A stretch of 24,000 bases of DNA from an uncultured Candidatus Micrarchaeota archaeon (GTDB lineage: Archaea > Micrarchaeota > Micrarchaeia > Micrarchaeales > Micrarchaeaceae). Shown here piece by piece: positions 15,630-24,000 of the stretch (positions are counted from its first letter, which is position 1; each line of letters starts with the position of its first letter). The notes beneath the pieces were generated by a model. That model searched no databases. It was not told the origin of the DNA and worked only from the letters and a program-made list of their open reading frames with translations. The translations under genes were made by a program, and so were the position numbers. The stretch covers positions 758,208 through 782,207 of the forward strand of contig OY970071.1 of assembly GCA_963705375.1 (NCBI GenBank), read 5' to 3'.

Positions 15630-18107
15630 GGCGTGTTCAACAGCGGTACTTCTGTAGTCGGCACCTCCTGTTCATCACGTATCGGCTATCTGTGCAGCAA
15701 TCCAGTCCTGCTTTCTAACGGTCTGTTGTCCACAACAATAGGCTCTTCACAGCCGATAACTGTTACCGGTGTCGCATGTTCTAGCGGTTCTTCCTCACCG
15801 TCAAGTTTCAGCTCTGCGAATATAGCTCTCGCTGCAGGCGCACAGCAGAATGTCGACTTCCCCTGCTCACTATCTTCAAATGCGCTGGGCACGCCTTTCG
15901 CAGGAACATTATGGATGCAGTACGCGCAGAACGGCCAAACTGGTCTTGTGACGCAGGTTGCATCGGTGAATGCCAAGGTCGCTGCCTTTGGTTCTGGAGG
16001 TGGAGGCGGTGGTACTACGACCGTAGGAACTACAACCATAGGAACTACGACCACACCCTCATCATCCACATACTCTTTCTCTGCGACAGCAGGATCTGGA
16101 GGCTCAGTGTCGTGCCGTTCTTCAGGCTCTACAATACCATGCACTGGAAACTACGCAGCAGGAAACACAATCACGATTAACGCGATACCGAATTCGGGCA
16201 ATACATTCAACTACTGGACAGGTACGTGCGCAGGTTCAAATCCATGCACGTTCACAATGCCCGCAAATGCAGTTGATGATTCTGCGAGCTTCTTTGCGAC
16301 GTCATCATCAGCACAGTATGTGGCGCAGTTCGACGGAGAGAGTGGTGCCATCAGTACAGGAACGACTGATTTCCCTTTCACCACAGGCTCTCCAAATTCG
16401 TTCTTCACTTGGGTCTATGTGGGCGCAACTCAGGGCCTTTCTGCTCTATTTATTTATGGTGGAAGTGGTGGAAATGGTCCAGAAGCGATAGCCCTGAATG
16501 TCTCATCTACTCATGCAAGATTGGACTATCCGGATGGGGCTGATTATGAAGCTGCGCCGTTCACACTTAATTCATGGCATTTTGTAGGTTTCACATATGA
16601 TGGCGGAACAACGGTCAACTTATACGTAGATGGCGGCTCTCCAGAAACGTACACAAACGTACGGCAACAAGATGTAGGAACTAATCCGTCTTTTATAGCA
16701 TATATCGGAGGTGTGGGTGCTCCAGTGTATGGTTATTACACACAAGGTTACATGTCAGATGCCCAGTTCTACGCCACAGAGCTTTCGTCAAGCAAGGTGC
16801 ACGCCCTGTATACTGAGGGCATGGGTGGTACTGCAATGCCTGCATCTGACTTGGTGGGCTGGTGGCAACTGAACAACAACGCGAATGATTATAGCGGAAA
16901 TGGCAACACGGGCACTCCGTCGTCAGGCGTTACCTTTGTTACAATTGCAAACGTCATTCCTTTGAGTCAGATAACATACGCTTTCTCAGCAACTCCTGGC
17001 TCTGGTGGTTCGGTGTCGTGCCGTTCTTCAGGGTCGACGATACCTTGCACCGGAAACTATGCTGCAGGAAACACCATTACTCTTAATGCAATACCAAGCT
17101 CGGGCTATGCATTCGACAGCTGGACAGGGACTTATTCAAACAGCCTTAATCCCTGGACGCTTACACTCCCTGCAAATGCGGTTACTGAGACTGCAAACTT
17201 CATTTTGACAACACCTCAGTTGCGCACAATAGCCACAGGGCAGGTCGCTCCGATGAGTGTAGTGGTCGACAGCAGCGGCAACGTCTACTGGGGTGGGGAA
17301 GGGGGTAATATAAAGGAGCTGCCAAGCGGCCTATCCGGCAACGACAATATCATAACGGTTGCATCTGGACAATCCAACCCGAATTATGTTGCAGTTGGCG
17401 ATGGCAACATCTACTGGATAAATTTGGGCTTTTCAGACACCACCAATGTGGTGGAATACAATTCAGGAAGCCTCTGGACGGGTACAGGAACTCCTTTGGC
17501 ATTAGCAGCAGGCAACAGCAAAGTCTACTGGTCATACTGGCCTTACTCTGGAGACAGCAGCCTCATGGAGTATCCTGGCGGCACGCTCTACACGGCACAT
17601 GATGTCCAGCCCTCTAGCATAGTGGTCAGCAACGGCAACATCTACTGGACTGATCCAAGTGCTATTAGGGAGTACACCTCAGGAAGCGTCGTAACGCTTG
17701 CGACAGGACAGGACAGCCCTAGATCGGTAGCTGTAGACAGCAGCGGCAACGTCTACTGGGCGAATGACGGTTCTTACCCCAACGTTGGCACCATCATGGA
17801 ACTGCCCAGCGGGAAGATTGGAAACGCCAATGTCATAACGCTTGCGTCGGGGCTGAACCAGCCAGGTGCTTGTTGTGGTTCTGGCTTTGGAATTGGAACG
17901 GCAGTTACTAATGGCAACGTCTATTGGATTACAGATGACTCGGAAGGCCACGCAAGTCTCGTGCAGGAGATGCCAAGCGGTATGTCAGGCAACGACAATG
18001 TCATAACAATTGCATCTGGACAGAACTACGCAGATAGTATAGCGGCAATCAACGGCAAGGTATACTGGGCAAACCTAAACGACGGTACCATTATGGAGTA
18101 TTCGTGA
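15525..18107 (+). CDS. large pilin-like surface protein: class III (type IV pilin-like) signal peptide, Thr-rich linker, two B-repeat-like modules, LamG/concanavalin-like lectin domain, C-terminal YW-repeat beta-propeller
   Basis: 860 aa. The N-terminus is MHGKTKRS/QSAMEYLMTYGWAILVIAVVLASLFGLGVF. The LamG-like core reads SFFTWVYVG...LNSWHFVGFTYDGGTTVNLYVDG...MSDAQFYATELSSSKVHALY. Seven G(N/K)(V/I)YW motifs occur at about 40-aa spacing between residues 585 and 849. Confidence 0.88.
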   Translation: MHGKTKRSQSAMEYLMTYGWAILVIAVVLASLFGLGVFNSGTSVVGTSCSSRIGYLCSNPVLLSNGLLSTTIGSSQPITVTGVACSSGSSSPSSFSSANIALAAGAQQNVDFPCSLSSNALGTPFAGTLWMQYAQNGQTGLVTQVASVNAKVAAFGSGGGGGGTTTVGTTTIGTTTTPSSSTYSFSATAGSGGSVSCRSSGSTIPCTGNYAAGNTITINAIPNSGNTFNYWTGTCAGSNPCTFTMPANAVDDSASFFATSSSAQYVAQFDGESGAISTGTTDFPFTTGSPNSFFTWVYVGATQGLSALFIYGGSGGNGPEAIALNVSSTHARLDYPDGADYEAAPFTLNSWHFVGFTYDGGTTVNLYVDGGSPETYTNVRQQDVGTNPSFIAYIGGVGAPVYGYYTQGYMSDAQFYATELSSSKVHALYTEGMGGTAMPASDLVGWWQLNNNANDYSGNGNTGTPSSGVTFVTIANVIPLSQITYAFSATPGSGGSVSCRSSGSTIPCTGNYAAGNTITLNAIPSSGYAFDSWTGTYSNSLNPWTLTLPANAVTETANFILTTPQLRTIATGQVAPMSVVVDSSGNVYWGGEGGNIKELPSGLSGNDNIITVASGQSNPNYVAVGDGNIYWINLGFSDTTNVVEYNSGSLWTGTGTPLALAAGNSKVYWSYWPYSGDSSLMEYPGGTLYTAHDVQPSSIVVSNGNIYWTDPSAIREYTSGSVVTLATGQDSPRSVAVDSSGNVYWANDGSYPNVGTIMELPSGKIGNANVITLASGLNQPGACCGSGFGIGTAVTNGNVYWITDDSEGHASLVQEMPSGMSGNDNVITIASGQNYADSIAAINGKVYWANLNDGTIMEYS
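16014..16055 (+). repeat. 15-nt tandem repeat (about 2.8 copies) encoding TTTVG-TTTIG-TTTT in the Gly/Thr linker
   Basis: The units are actacgaccgtagga / actacaaccatagga / actacgaccaca, read directly. Confidence 0.8.
16068..16295 (+). repeat. intragenic repeat copy 1 (B-repeat-like module, residues 182-257)
   Basis: Copy 1 reads TYSFSATAGSGGSVSCRSSGSTIPCTGNYAAGNTITINAIPNSGNTFNYWTG...MPANAV. It resembles copy 2 at both protein and nucleotide level, with long identical runs such as ggtgtcgtgccgttcttcagg. Confidence 0.85.
16308..16829 (+). other. LamG / concanavalin A-like lectin domain (residues about 262-435)
   Basis: The pattern W-H-x-V-x-x-T-Y-D-G-x-x-x-x-L-Y-V-D-G and a terminal L-S-x-x-x-V-x-x-L-Y are typical of laminin-G_3 type domains. 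Confidence 0.7.
16974..17204 (+). repeat. intragenic repeat copy 2 (B-repeat-like module, residues 484-560)
   Basis: Copy 2 reads TYAFSATPGSGGSVSCRSSGSTIPCTGNYAAGNTITLNAIPSSGYAFDSWTG...LPANAV. Confidence 0.85.
17217..18104 (+). other. YW-repeat beta-propeller region (residues about 565-860)
   Basis: Seven motifs are present: GNVYWG, GNIYWI, SKVYWS, GNIYWT, GNVYWA, GNVYWI, GKVYWA. There are also three copies of a longer unit, (E/Q)(L/M)PSGxxGNxN(V/I)IT(V/L/I)ASG. Confidence 0.7.
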
Positions 18108-18353
18108 TGCGTTTGGGCAACAGAGTGACACATACGGGTACTGGTGCCGGAGGTGCAGGAGGCAGTGTGACGCTTACATGGAATGGTTCTCCTTCACGTA
18201 TTCCGTGACGTCTGTTCTGAGGTTGATTCTGCAAAGCGCTGACCGATACAATCATCTACAAAAGAACAGAACAAACATCAATATCCACGGCAAACGTTGT
18301 GTTATCAAACTATGCGTTGTATGTGTGCCGTGCATTTCGCTTTTAGTTTGCAT

Positions 18354-19424
18354 CTATGTGGATTTCTTTGGCGGCTTGCCAACAACGGGTATAGTGTTCT
18401 TGCATGCTGGACACCTGTTCTCACTATCCAATTTCCACTCTGTCAAATTGAGCCCGTAGCGTCCTATGACAAGTTCGCCGCATTTTGGACAATATGTGCT
18501 CTCGTAATGATTACCCGGATCATTACCTATGTAGACGTAGTTTAGGCCGTTTCTTTTTGCAATGTCGTAATGTGCCTTGAGCGAGTCATAATCAGTCTCC
18601 GGTACATCGAGCATCTTGTAGTTTGGAAAGAATCTGGTGAAGTGGATTGGTGTGTCTTCGCCTAATTCATCATGCAGCCATCTTGTCAAATTCCTGCACG
18701 CTTCTAGTGAGTCTCCGACTCCTGGCACCACCAGGTCCGTTATCTCTACATGTATGCCCACTTTTTTCAATTCACGAAGTGCCTCTTTTATCGGGTCGCT
18801 TGATAGTATACCACAATACTTCCTTACAAAGCTCTGCTCTCCGCTGCCTTTGAAATCCACAACAACCGCGTCTATTAGGCCCTTCATTTCCCTCACGGCT
18901 TCTTTTGTCATATAACCATTCGTCACAAACACGTTGAACAGTCCTTTCTTATGTGCTATCTTGGCAGTATCCAGCGCATATTCTATGAATATTGTGGGCT
19001 CATTGTACGTGTATGCCATGCCTTGCGCTCCGTCATTTAAAGCGCGTGCAACTGCGTCTTTTGGCAAAAGTTCAATACCAACTTCGCAACGTCTCTTCGA
19101 AATCTCCGGATTCTGGCAGAACTTACATCCAAAGTTGCAAGAAAGAGTTCCGACACCCAACACATAGCTGCCAGGCATGAAATGGTTGAAGGGTTTCTTC
19201 TCTATAGGGTCCAACTGAACTGCTGCAAGCCTTCCATAACTATTGAGGTATAACTTTCCCTTTACATTCTGCCTGAGATAGCAGAATCCATATGAACCGT
19301 TTGGTATCTTGCATCTCCTTGCGCAGGCAAAACACTCTACGTTCTCCTCTCCTTCAGGCTTCCATAATCTAGCTTCTTTTATCATCAGAATGCATTGGCG
19401 TTCCATGTATTTATTCATTGGCAT
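18354..19424 (-). CDS. radical SAM enzyme, AmmeMemoRadiSam-system type (PflA-like activase fold)
   Basis: Motifs seen: VECFACARRCKIPNGSYGFCYLRQN, DPIEKKPFNHFMPGS, the radical SAM cluster motif CNFGCKFCQN, and a C-terminal zinc-ribbon-like YCPKCG...RCPACK. No AMMECR1 or Memo partner gene is in the window. Confidence 0.8.
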   Translation of the reverse strand: MPMNKYMERQCILMIKEARLWKPEGEENVECFACARRCKIPNGSYGFCYLRQNVKGKLYLNSYGRLAAVQLDPIEKKPFNHFMPGSYVLGVGTLSCNFGCKFCQNPEISKRRCEVGIELLPKDAVARALNDGAQGMAYTYNEPTIFIEYALDTAKIAHKKGLFNVFVTNGYMTKEAVREMKGLIDAVVVDFKGSGEQSFVRKYCGILSSDPIKEALRELKKVGIHVEITDLVVPGVGDSLEACRNLTRWLHDELGEDTPIHFTRFFPNYKMLDVPETDYDSLKAHYDIAKRNGLNYVYIGNDPGNHYESTYCPKCGELVIGRYGLNLTEWKLDSENRCPACKNTIPVVGKPPKKST

Positions 19425-19551
19425 CAGTGCTTTGTAACAAGTTAGAAAATATTAAAAAAGCAAGCGTTTTTAGCCTAGTTTTCATATTCATAGAAAGGGA
19501 TTTAAGTACCAAAAACACAAGATAATAAAAGCTATTTTAGGCCTGATTTTA

Positions 19552-21468
19552 ATGGAACTTGGAGAATACACCGCAAAGGACATTATGGTTCTTTCCGGAC
19601 CGCAAGGAATACGGAAAAGGCCGGCGATGTATATAGGCTCAACCGGTAGCAGAGGGTTCATTCATTTACTTTATGAAGTGCTGGATAACGCCATAGATGA
19701 GTCTCTGGCTGGTTATGCAAACACCATAACAATAACGCTTGAAAAAGAGGAAGATTCTGATACTGCCGAAGTGAACGATAACGGCAGGGGCATACCTGTC
19801 GACATAATACCAAAAGAAGGGCGCCCTGCGCTCGAAGTCATACTTACAAGCATCCATACGGGTGCAAAGTTTGAAAACAAGGCATACAAGGTTTCAGGGG
19901 GCCTCCACGGCGTCGGTCTTACCGTAGTCAACTCTCTTTCTGAAAAGACCGAAGTCACAGTAAAAAGGAACGGAAACGTCTACTTTCAGACGTTCAGCAG
20001 AGGCGCTCCAGTTACGCAACTCAAGATAATCGGCGCCTGCCCAACAGAAGAGCGGGGTACGACCGTAAAGTTCAAACCCGATGCCGAGATCTTCTCAACA
20101 AAGACTTTTGATTCATTCGAGCTTACAGAGCGTCTAAAGGAGTTGGGATTTCTGAATCCTGGCATCACCATAAACTTAATAGACAAGCGTGAGCCCGGAA
20201 ACGAGCATAGGTTGACTTTCTCTTCAAAGCGCGGGATAGCCGACTTTGTAGACGAGATCAGAGGCACAAAGGAACCTCTGACCAAGCAAATACTCATAAA
20301 CAAGGAGGTCGACTCGGTAAAACTAGAGCTTGCAATACAGTACGTCAACGACTACAGTGAGACGCTTTTGTCTTTTGTGAATAGGATAAAGACACAGGAT
20401 GGTGGAACGCACGTGACGGGCTTCCATACTGCACTGACAAGGGCGATAACTAACTACATGCAGAAAAACAAGAAACAGCAAAAAAGCAATGCGAGTATCG
20501 AAGGTGACGACACAAGAGAAGGGCTCATTGCGGTTCTGTCCATACTCATGCAGAATCCTGAATTTGAAGGTCAAACAAAGGAAAAGCTGGGAAACATATC
20601 CATCAAGAGCACAATAGACGGACTGGTCTATTCCGCGCTTTCCACATATCTCGAAGAGAATCCTGCAGACGCGTCAAGCATAATGCGCAAAGCTCTTTCC
20701 TCTGCCGAAGCCCGAGAATCTGCAAAGAGGGCACGTGACCTTGTAAGGAAGAAGAGCGCCTTTGACGGAGCACTGCTGCCCGGAAAGCTGTCAGACTGCA
20801 CAGAAGGCGATCCAGAGAAGATTGAGTTGTTCATAGTGGAAGGTGAGAGCGCAGCCGGATCTAGCAAACAGGGCAGGGACCGCCATTTCCAGGCTATTCT
20901 GCCGCTTAAGGGAAAAATACTTAACGTCGAGAAAGCTTCAGACGAAAAAATATTCAACAACGCAGAACTGCACACACTGGTTACCGCGTTGGGCACCGGA
21001 ATAAAAGAAACGTTCAATCCTGACAATGTTAGATATAAGAAGGTCGTAATGCTCACAGATGCTGACGTAGACGGTAGCCACATACGTACGCTTCTGATGA
21101 CTTTCTTCTATCGCTACATGCGGGCCCTAATAGACCGCGGAAACATATACATAGCACAACCACCCCTCTACAAGGTCTCGAAAGGCAAGGAAGTCCATTA
21201 TGTTTATTCAGACAACGAGCTAAACGCAACGCTCAAGAAATATGACGGCAATGCAACCGTGCAGCGTTACAAAGGTCTCGGAGAAATGAACCCAGAGCAG
21301 CTTTGGGAAACTACAATGGATCCTGGAAAAAGGGTGCTCAAGAAAGTTTCGATAAAGGATGCGCAGCTTGCTGATGCGCTATTCACCACGCTTATGGGTG
21401 TGGATGTAGAGCCTAGAAGGCACTTCTTAGAAGCTCACGCAAGCGAAGTGTCTTTCCTTGATGTATGA
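19552..21468 (+). CDS. gyrB: DNA gyrase subunit B
   Basis: 638 aa. Motifs seen: IRKRPAMYIGSTGSRG, EVLDNAIDE, GGLHGVG, EGESAAGS, PLKGKILNVEKA, MLTDADVDGSHI, YKGLGEMNPEQLWETTMDP. Confidence 0.95.
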   Translation: MELGEYTAKDIMVLSGPQGIRKRPAMYIGSTGSRGFIHLLYEVLDNAIDESLAGYANTITITLEKEEDSDTAEVNDNGRGIPVDIIPKEGRPALEVILTSIHTGAKFENKAYKVSGGLHGVGLTVVNSLSEKTEVTVKRNGNVYFQTFSRGAPVTQLKIIGACPTEERGTTVKFKPDAEIFSTKTFDSFELTERLKELGFLNPGITINLIDKREPGNEHRLTFSSKRGIADFVDEIRGTKEPLTKQILINKEVDSVKLELAIQYVNDYSETLLSFVNRIKTQDGGTHVTGFHTALTRAITNYMQKNKKQQKSNASIEGDDTREGLIAVLSILMQNPEFEGQTKEKLGNISIKSTIDGLVYSALSTYLEENPADASSIMRKALSSAEARESAKRARDLVRKKSAFDGALLPGKLSDCTEGDPEKIELFIVEGESAAGSSKQGRDRHFQAILPLKGKILNVEKASDEKIFNNAELHTLVTALGTGIKETFNPDNVRYKKVVMLTDADVDGSHIRTLLMTFFYRYMRALIDRGNIYIAQPPLYKVSKGKEVHYVYSDNELNATLKKYDGNATVQRYKGLGEMNPEQLWETTMDPGKRVLKKVSIKDAQLADALFTTLMGVDVEPRRHFLEAHASEVSFLDV

Positions 21469-21477
21469 GTGTTTAAA

Positions 21478-23910
21478 ATGGCCGAAATAATTGACGTTTC
21501 TATAGAGCAGGAGATGCAGACCAGCTACATAGACTATGCCATGAGCGTCATCATAGGCCGAGCTTTGCCTGAAGTGCGTGACGGATTGAAACCAGCACAA
21601 CGTCGAATCCTCTATGCGATGTACAAGCTCAACAACATGCACTCACAACCGACGAAGAAGAGCGCAAGGATTGTCGGTGAATGCATCGGAAAATATCATC
21701 CTCATGGTGACGTTGCAGTGTATGAGACGCTTGTAAGGATGGCCCAGGATTTCAGCATGAACTACATGTTTGTCGAGGGTCAGGGCAACATGGGATCCGT
21801 AGACGGTGACCCTCCTGCCGCGATGAGATACACAGAGGTGCGTCTTTCAACAATCGCCGAAGAGGTGCTTTCTGATTTGGAAAAGAAAACGGTCAAATTC
21901 ATTCCAAACTTCGATAACACAGAGGAAGAGCCCACAATAATGCCTTCGAGGATTCCAAACCTGCTTCTAAACGGCGCAGCGGGAATAGCTGTCGGTGTGG
22001 CTACAAGCATAATGCCCCACAATCTCTCTGAACTGTGCGACGCAATAAACGCATATGTGGACAACCCGGAGATAAACAACGAAGGACTGCTAAACTATGT
22101 GAAGGCGCCAGACTTTCCTACAGGGGGCACGGTGTTCCACAACACACATCTTACGGAGTCATATCTTACGGGCCGTGGCACTGTCACCATCAAAGGGACT
22201 GCAATAATCGAGGAGAAGAACAATAGGCAATCCATAATAATAACAGAGATACCTTACACTGTCAACAAATCCCTTCTTGTTGAAAGCATTGCGCACCTGG
22301 TTTCAGAGAAGAAGCTAGTCGGAATCTCTGACCTTCGCGACGAAAGCGGCAAGGAAGGCATGCGCATTGTTATTGACCTGAAGCCCGGCACTGCTTCCGA
22401 CAGTGTCCTGAATTTCCTATATGCTCACACACAGCTCCAGATATCCCTGCCTGTCATGAACATAGCCATACTGGGCAACAGTCTTGTCACGCTGAACCTC
22501 AAGCAGTACTTCAAGACATTCGTCTCATACCGCCAGGAAGTGATAAGAAATAGGTGCAATTACGAGCTTGGAATAGCTCAGGACAAGCGCCACATAGTCG
22601 AAGGCCTTCTTGTCGCGCTAAACAACATAGACGGCGTCATAGATTTGATAAGGAAGAGCAGGACCTCAAAGGACGCCCAAGCGTCTCTGATAGAACAGTA
22701 CAAACTCAGTGAAAAGCAAGCTAATGCGATACTCGAGATGCGGCTGAGCAGGCTCACAAGCATGGAGGTGGAAGAGCTCAACCATGACCGGGAAACGCTC
22801 ACAAAAGAGATAGACTCACTGCAGAAGACACTATCCGATGAACGCAATATCCTTCAGATCGTCAAGGACGAAACAGCAGAGATAAAAAGAAAGTACGGAA
22901 GGCCACGGCGCACCAACATAGATTATAATGCCGCTGTTCAAGAATTCACTAGAGAGGATATGATAGTGGATGAAGAGACAACAGTCATACTTACAAAGAA
23001 GAACTACATAAAGAGGCTGCCCACCAGTGCATACAAGGAGCAGGGGCGCGGAGGCAAGGGCATCATAGCCATAGAGTTAAACGAGGGCGACTTCGTCAAA
23101 TCCGTGGTGCCGTGCATGCTCAAAGACTACCTGCTGTTGGTTTCCAACAAGGGCAGGGCATACTGGCTCAAGGCGTACATGGTTCCTCAGGAAGGCAGGT
23201 ATGGGATGGGCAAGGCCATAGTTAACTTGGTGAAGCTGGGCGAAGGCGAGCGCGTTCACAGCATAATAAACACAAAATCCTTCTCAGGCACATATCTGAC
23301 GTTCATAACAACAAAGGGCAGGATAAAACGCGTTGCGGCAGAGCGTTTCTCAAGACCAAGGGCAAGCGGAATAATTGCTATACCGCTGCTCGACGGCGAT
23401 GAGCTTGCCGACGTGTGCGTTTCATCAGGTACATTAGAGCTTTTCATAGCGACAAAGCGCGGAAAATCATTGAGATTCACAGAGTCCGGCCTGCGGCCTA
23501 TGGGTCGTGTAGCGCACGGCGTAAAGGGCCTGCGCGTTGCGCCCGAAGATTCGGTTGTCAACATAATAGCTGCACGCAAAGGTGATCTTCTAGCTTCTGT
23601 CACGGAACTAGGCTACGGTAAAGTCACCGAAATCGACAAGTATAGGCTTCAGAAGCGTGCAGGCAAGGGCGTCATCAACATGCATCTCAAGGAAAAAACA
23701 GGCAACGTTATAAAAGTGCTGCGCGTGGAAGATGGAGACAATGTGCTGCTAGTGAACTCTAACGGTCTGTCTATAGAGTTCGAAGTTTCGAGCATACGAA
23801 AGACAGGCAGAAGCGCTAGCGGTGTCAGGCTGATGCGTCTGGAGCGCGGTGTCAAAATAGTTGACGCCCAAGTCATACCCAAGCGCAAAGGCGTGGCCGA
23901 AATCAAATGA
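21478..23910 (+). CDS. gyrA: DNA gyrase subunit A
   Basis: From the ATG at 21478: [48 protein letters not shown]. Also seen are GKYHPHGD and the active-site AAMRYTE, with C-terminal beta-pinwheel repeats. The track start at 21469 is a GTG immediately after the gyrB stop. Confidence 0.95.
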   Translation: MAEIIDVSIEQEMQTSYIDYAMSVIIGRALPEVRDGLKPAQRRILYAMYKLNNMHSQPTKKSARIVGECIGKYHPHGDVAVYETLVRMAQDFSMNYMFVEGQGNMGSVDGDPPAAMRYTEVRLSTIAEEVLSDLEKKTVKFIPNFDNTEEEPTIMPSRIPNLLLNGAAGIAVGVATSIMPHNLSELCDAINAYVDNPEINNEGLLNYVKAPDFPTGGTVFHNTHLTESYLTGRGTVTIKGTAIIEEKNNRQSIIITEIPYTVNKSLLVESIAHLVSEKKLVGISDLRDESGKEGMRIVIDLKPGTASDSVLNFLYAHTQLQISLPVMNIAILGNSLVTLNLKQYFKTFVSYRQEVIRNRCNYELGIAQDKRHIVEGLLVALNNIDGVIDLIRKSRTSKDAQASLIEQYKLSEKQANAILEMRLSRLTSMEVEELNHDRETLTKEIDSLQKTLSDERNILQIVKDETAEIKRKYGRPRRTNIDYNAAVQEFTREDMIVDEETTVILTKKNYIKRLPTSAYKEQGRGGKGIIAIELNEGDFVKSVVPCMLKDYLLLVSNKGRAYWLKAYMVPQEGRYGMGKAIVNLVKLGEGERVHSIINTKSFSGTYLTFITTKGRIKRVAAERFSRPRASGIIAIPLLDGDELADVCVSSGTLELFIATKRGKSLRFTESGLRPMGRVAHGVKGLRVAPEDSVVNIIAARKGDLLASVTELGYGKVTEIDKYRLQKRAGKGVINMHLKEKTGNVIKVLRVEDGDNVLLVNSNGLSIEFEVSSIRKTGRSASGVRLMRLERGVKIVDAQVIPKRKGVAEIK

Positions 23911-23916
23911 CCATTA

Positions 23917-23929
23917 TGTTTTTATTCTT
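23917..23929 (+). terminator. oligo-T tract (TGTTTTTATTCTT) downstream of gyrA
   Basis: A T-run begins 7 nt after the gyrA stop. Archaeal termination commonly uses such tracts. Confidence 0.35.
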
Positions 23930-24000
23930 GGAACATGCGCATAAATGTGCCGTGCGCTGCCGCTATGCGTTGTGAGTTGATCATATGATACGTGTACTTT

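Noticed and set aside
18107-18208. 33-codon ORF (MRLGNRVTHTGTGAGGAGGSVTLTWNGSPSRIP) whose ATG overlaps the adhesin stop in an ATGA arrangement.
   Set aside because: It is very short and Gly-rich low complexity, with no recognisable motif. It may be a frameshifted relic of a longer adhesin C-terminus or simply chance, and it needs comparative or ribosome-profiling evidence.
19552-23910. Checked gyrB, gyrA and radA for inteins or insertions.
   Set aside because: The lengths (638, 810 and 316 aa) and the contiguous conserved motifs are those of uninterrupted genes.
1-24000. Looked for CRISPR arrays, IS elements or transposases, integrases, toxin-antitoxin pairs and known defence gene signatures.
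   Set aside because: I found no spaced direct repeats, no transposase- or integrase-like ORFs, and no nuclease/helicase/methylase clusters. The only repeats are the intragenic ones in the adhesin gene and the 20-bp palindrome.

Overview
This window is a compact (about 90% coding), mostly housekeeping archaeal chromosome segment. I found no rRNA, CRISPR array, transposase or integrase.

Archaeal hallmarks include RadA, diphthine synthase, tRNA splicing endonuclease, class I HMG-CoA reductase, a two-subunit 2-oxoacid:ferredoxin oxidoreductase, and TATA boxes 25-45 nt upstream of start codons.

Gene order:
- thiolase (partial), HMG-CoA synthase, OFOR beta and OFOR alpha, all on the minus strand
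- HMG-CoA reductase, divergent from that block
- Maf
- a PAPS-reductase-family PP-loop protein
- a PspC-domain protein
- a sulfatase-family protein
- a small ribbon-helix-helix protein
- a DUF92 membrane protein
- RadA, diphthine synthase, a long tRNA splicing endonuclease and acylphosphatase
- an intron-containing tRNA-Lys
- an orphan ORF
- a COG2403-family gene
- an 860-aa pilin-like surface protein
- an AmmeMemoRadiSam-type radical SAM enzyme
- gyrB and gyrA

Three features suggest a DPANN/Micrarchaeota (ARMAN-like) origin. These are the QSAMEYLMTYGWAILVI class III signal peptide, the 388-aa multi-unit EndA, and a tRNA intron in the T-loop. This origin is an inference, not a demonstration.

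I do not see a clear multi-gene novel system such as a defence island. The items most worth a second look are:
- the pilin-anchored lectin/beta-propeller mosaic protein, a candidate cell-cell or host attachment factor
- the T-loop-intron tRNA-Lys(CUU) lying 0.3 kb from the atypical endonuclease gene
- an in-frame TAG with an apparent 21-nt insertion in the conserved N-terminus of the COG2403 gene
- a perfect 20-bp palindrome in operator position
- an 11-bp GC-rich hairpin upstream of radA
- an OFOR-mevalonate operon fusion

All family assignments come from motif recognition by eye, not from searches.
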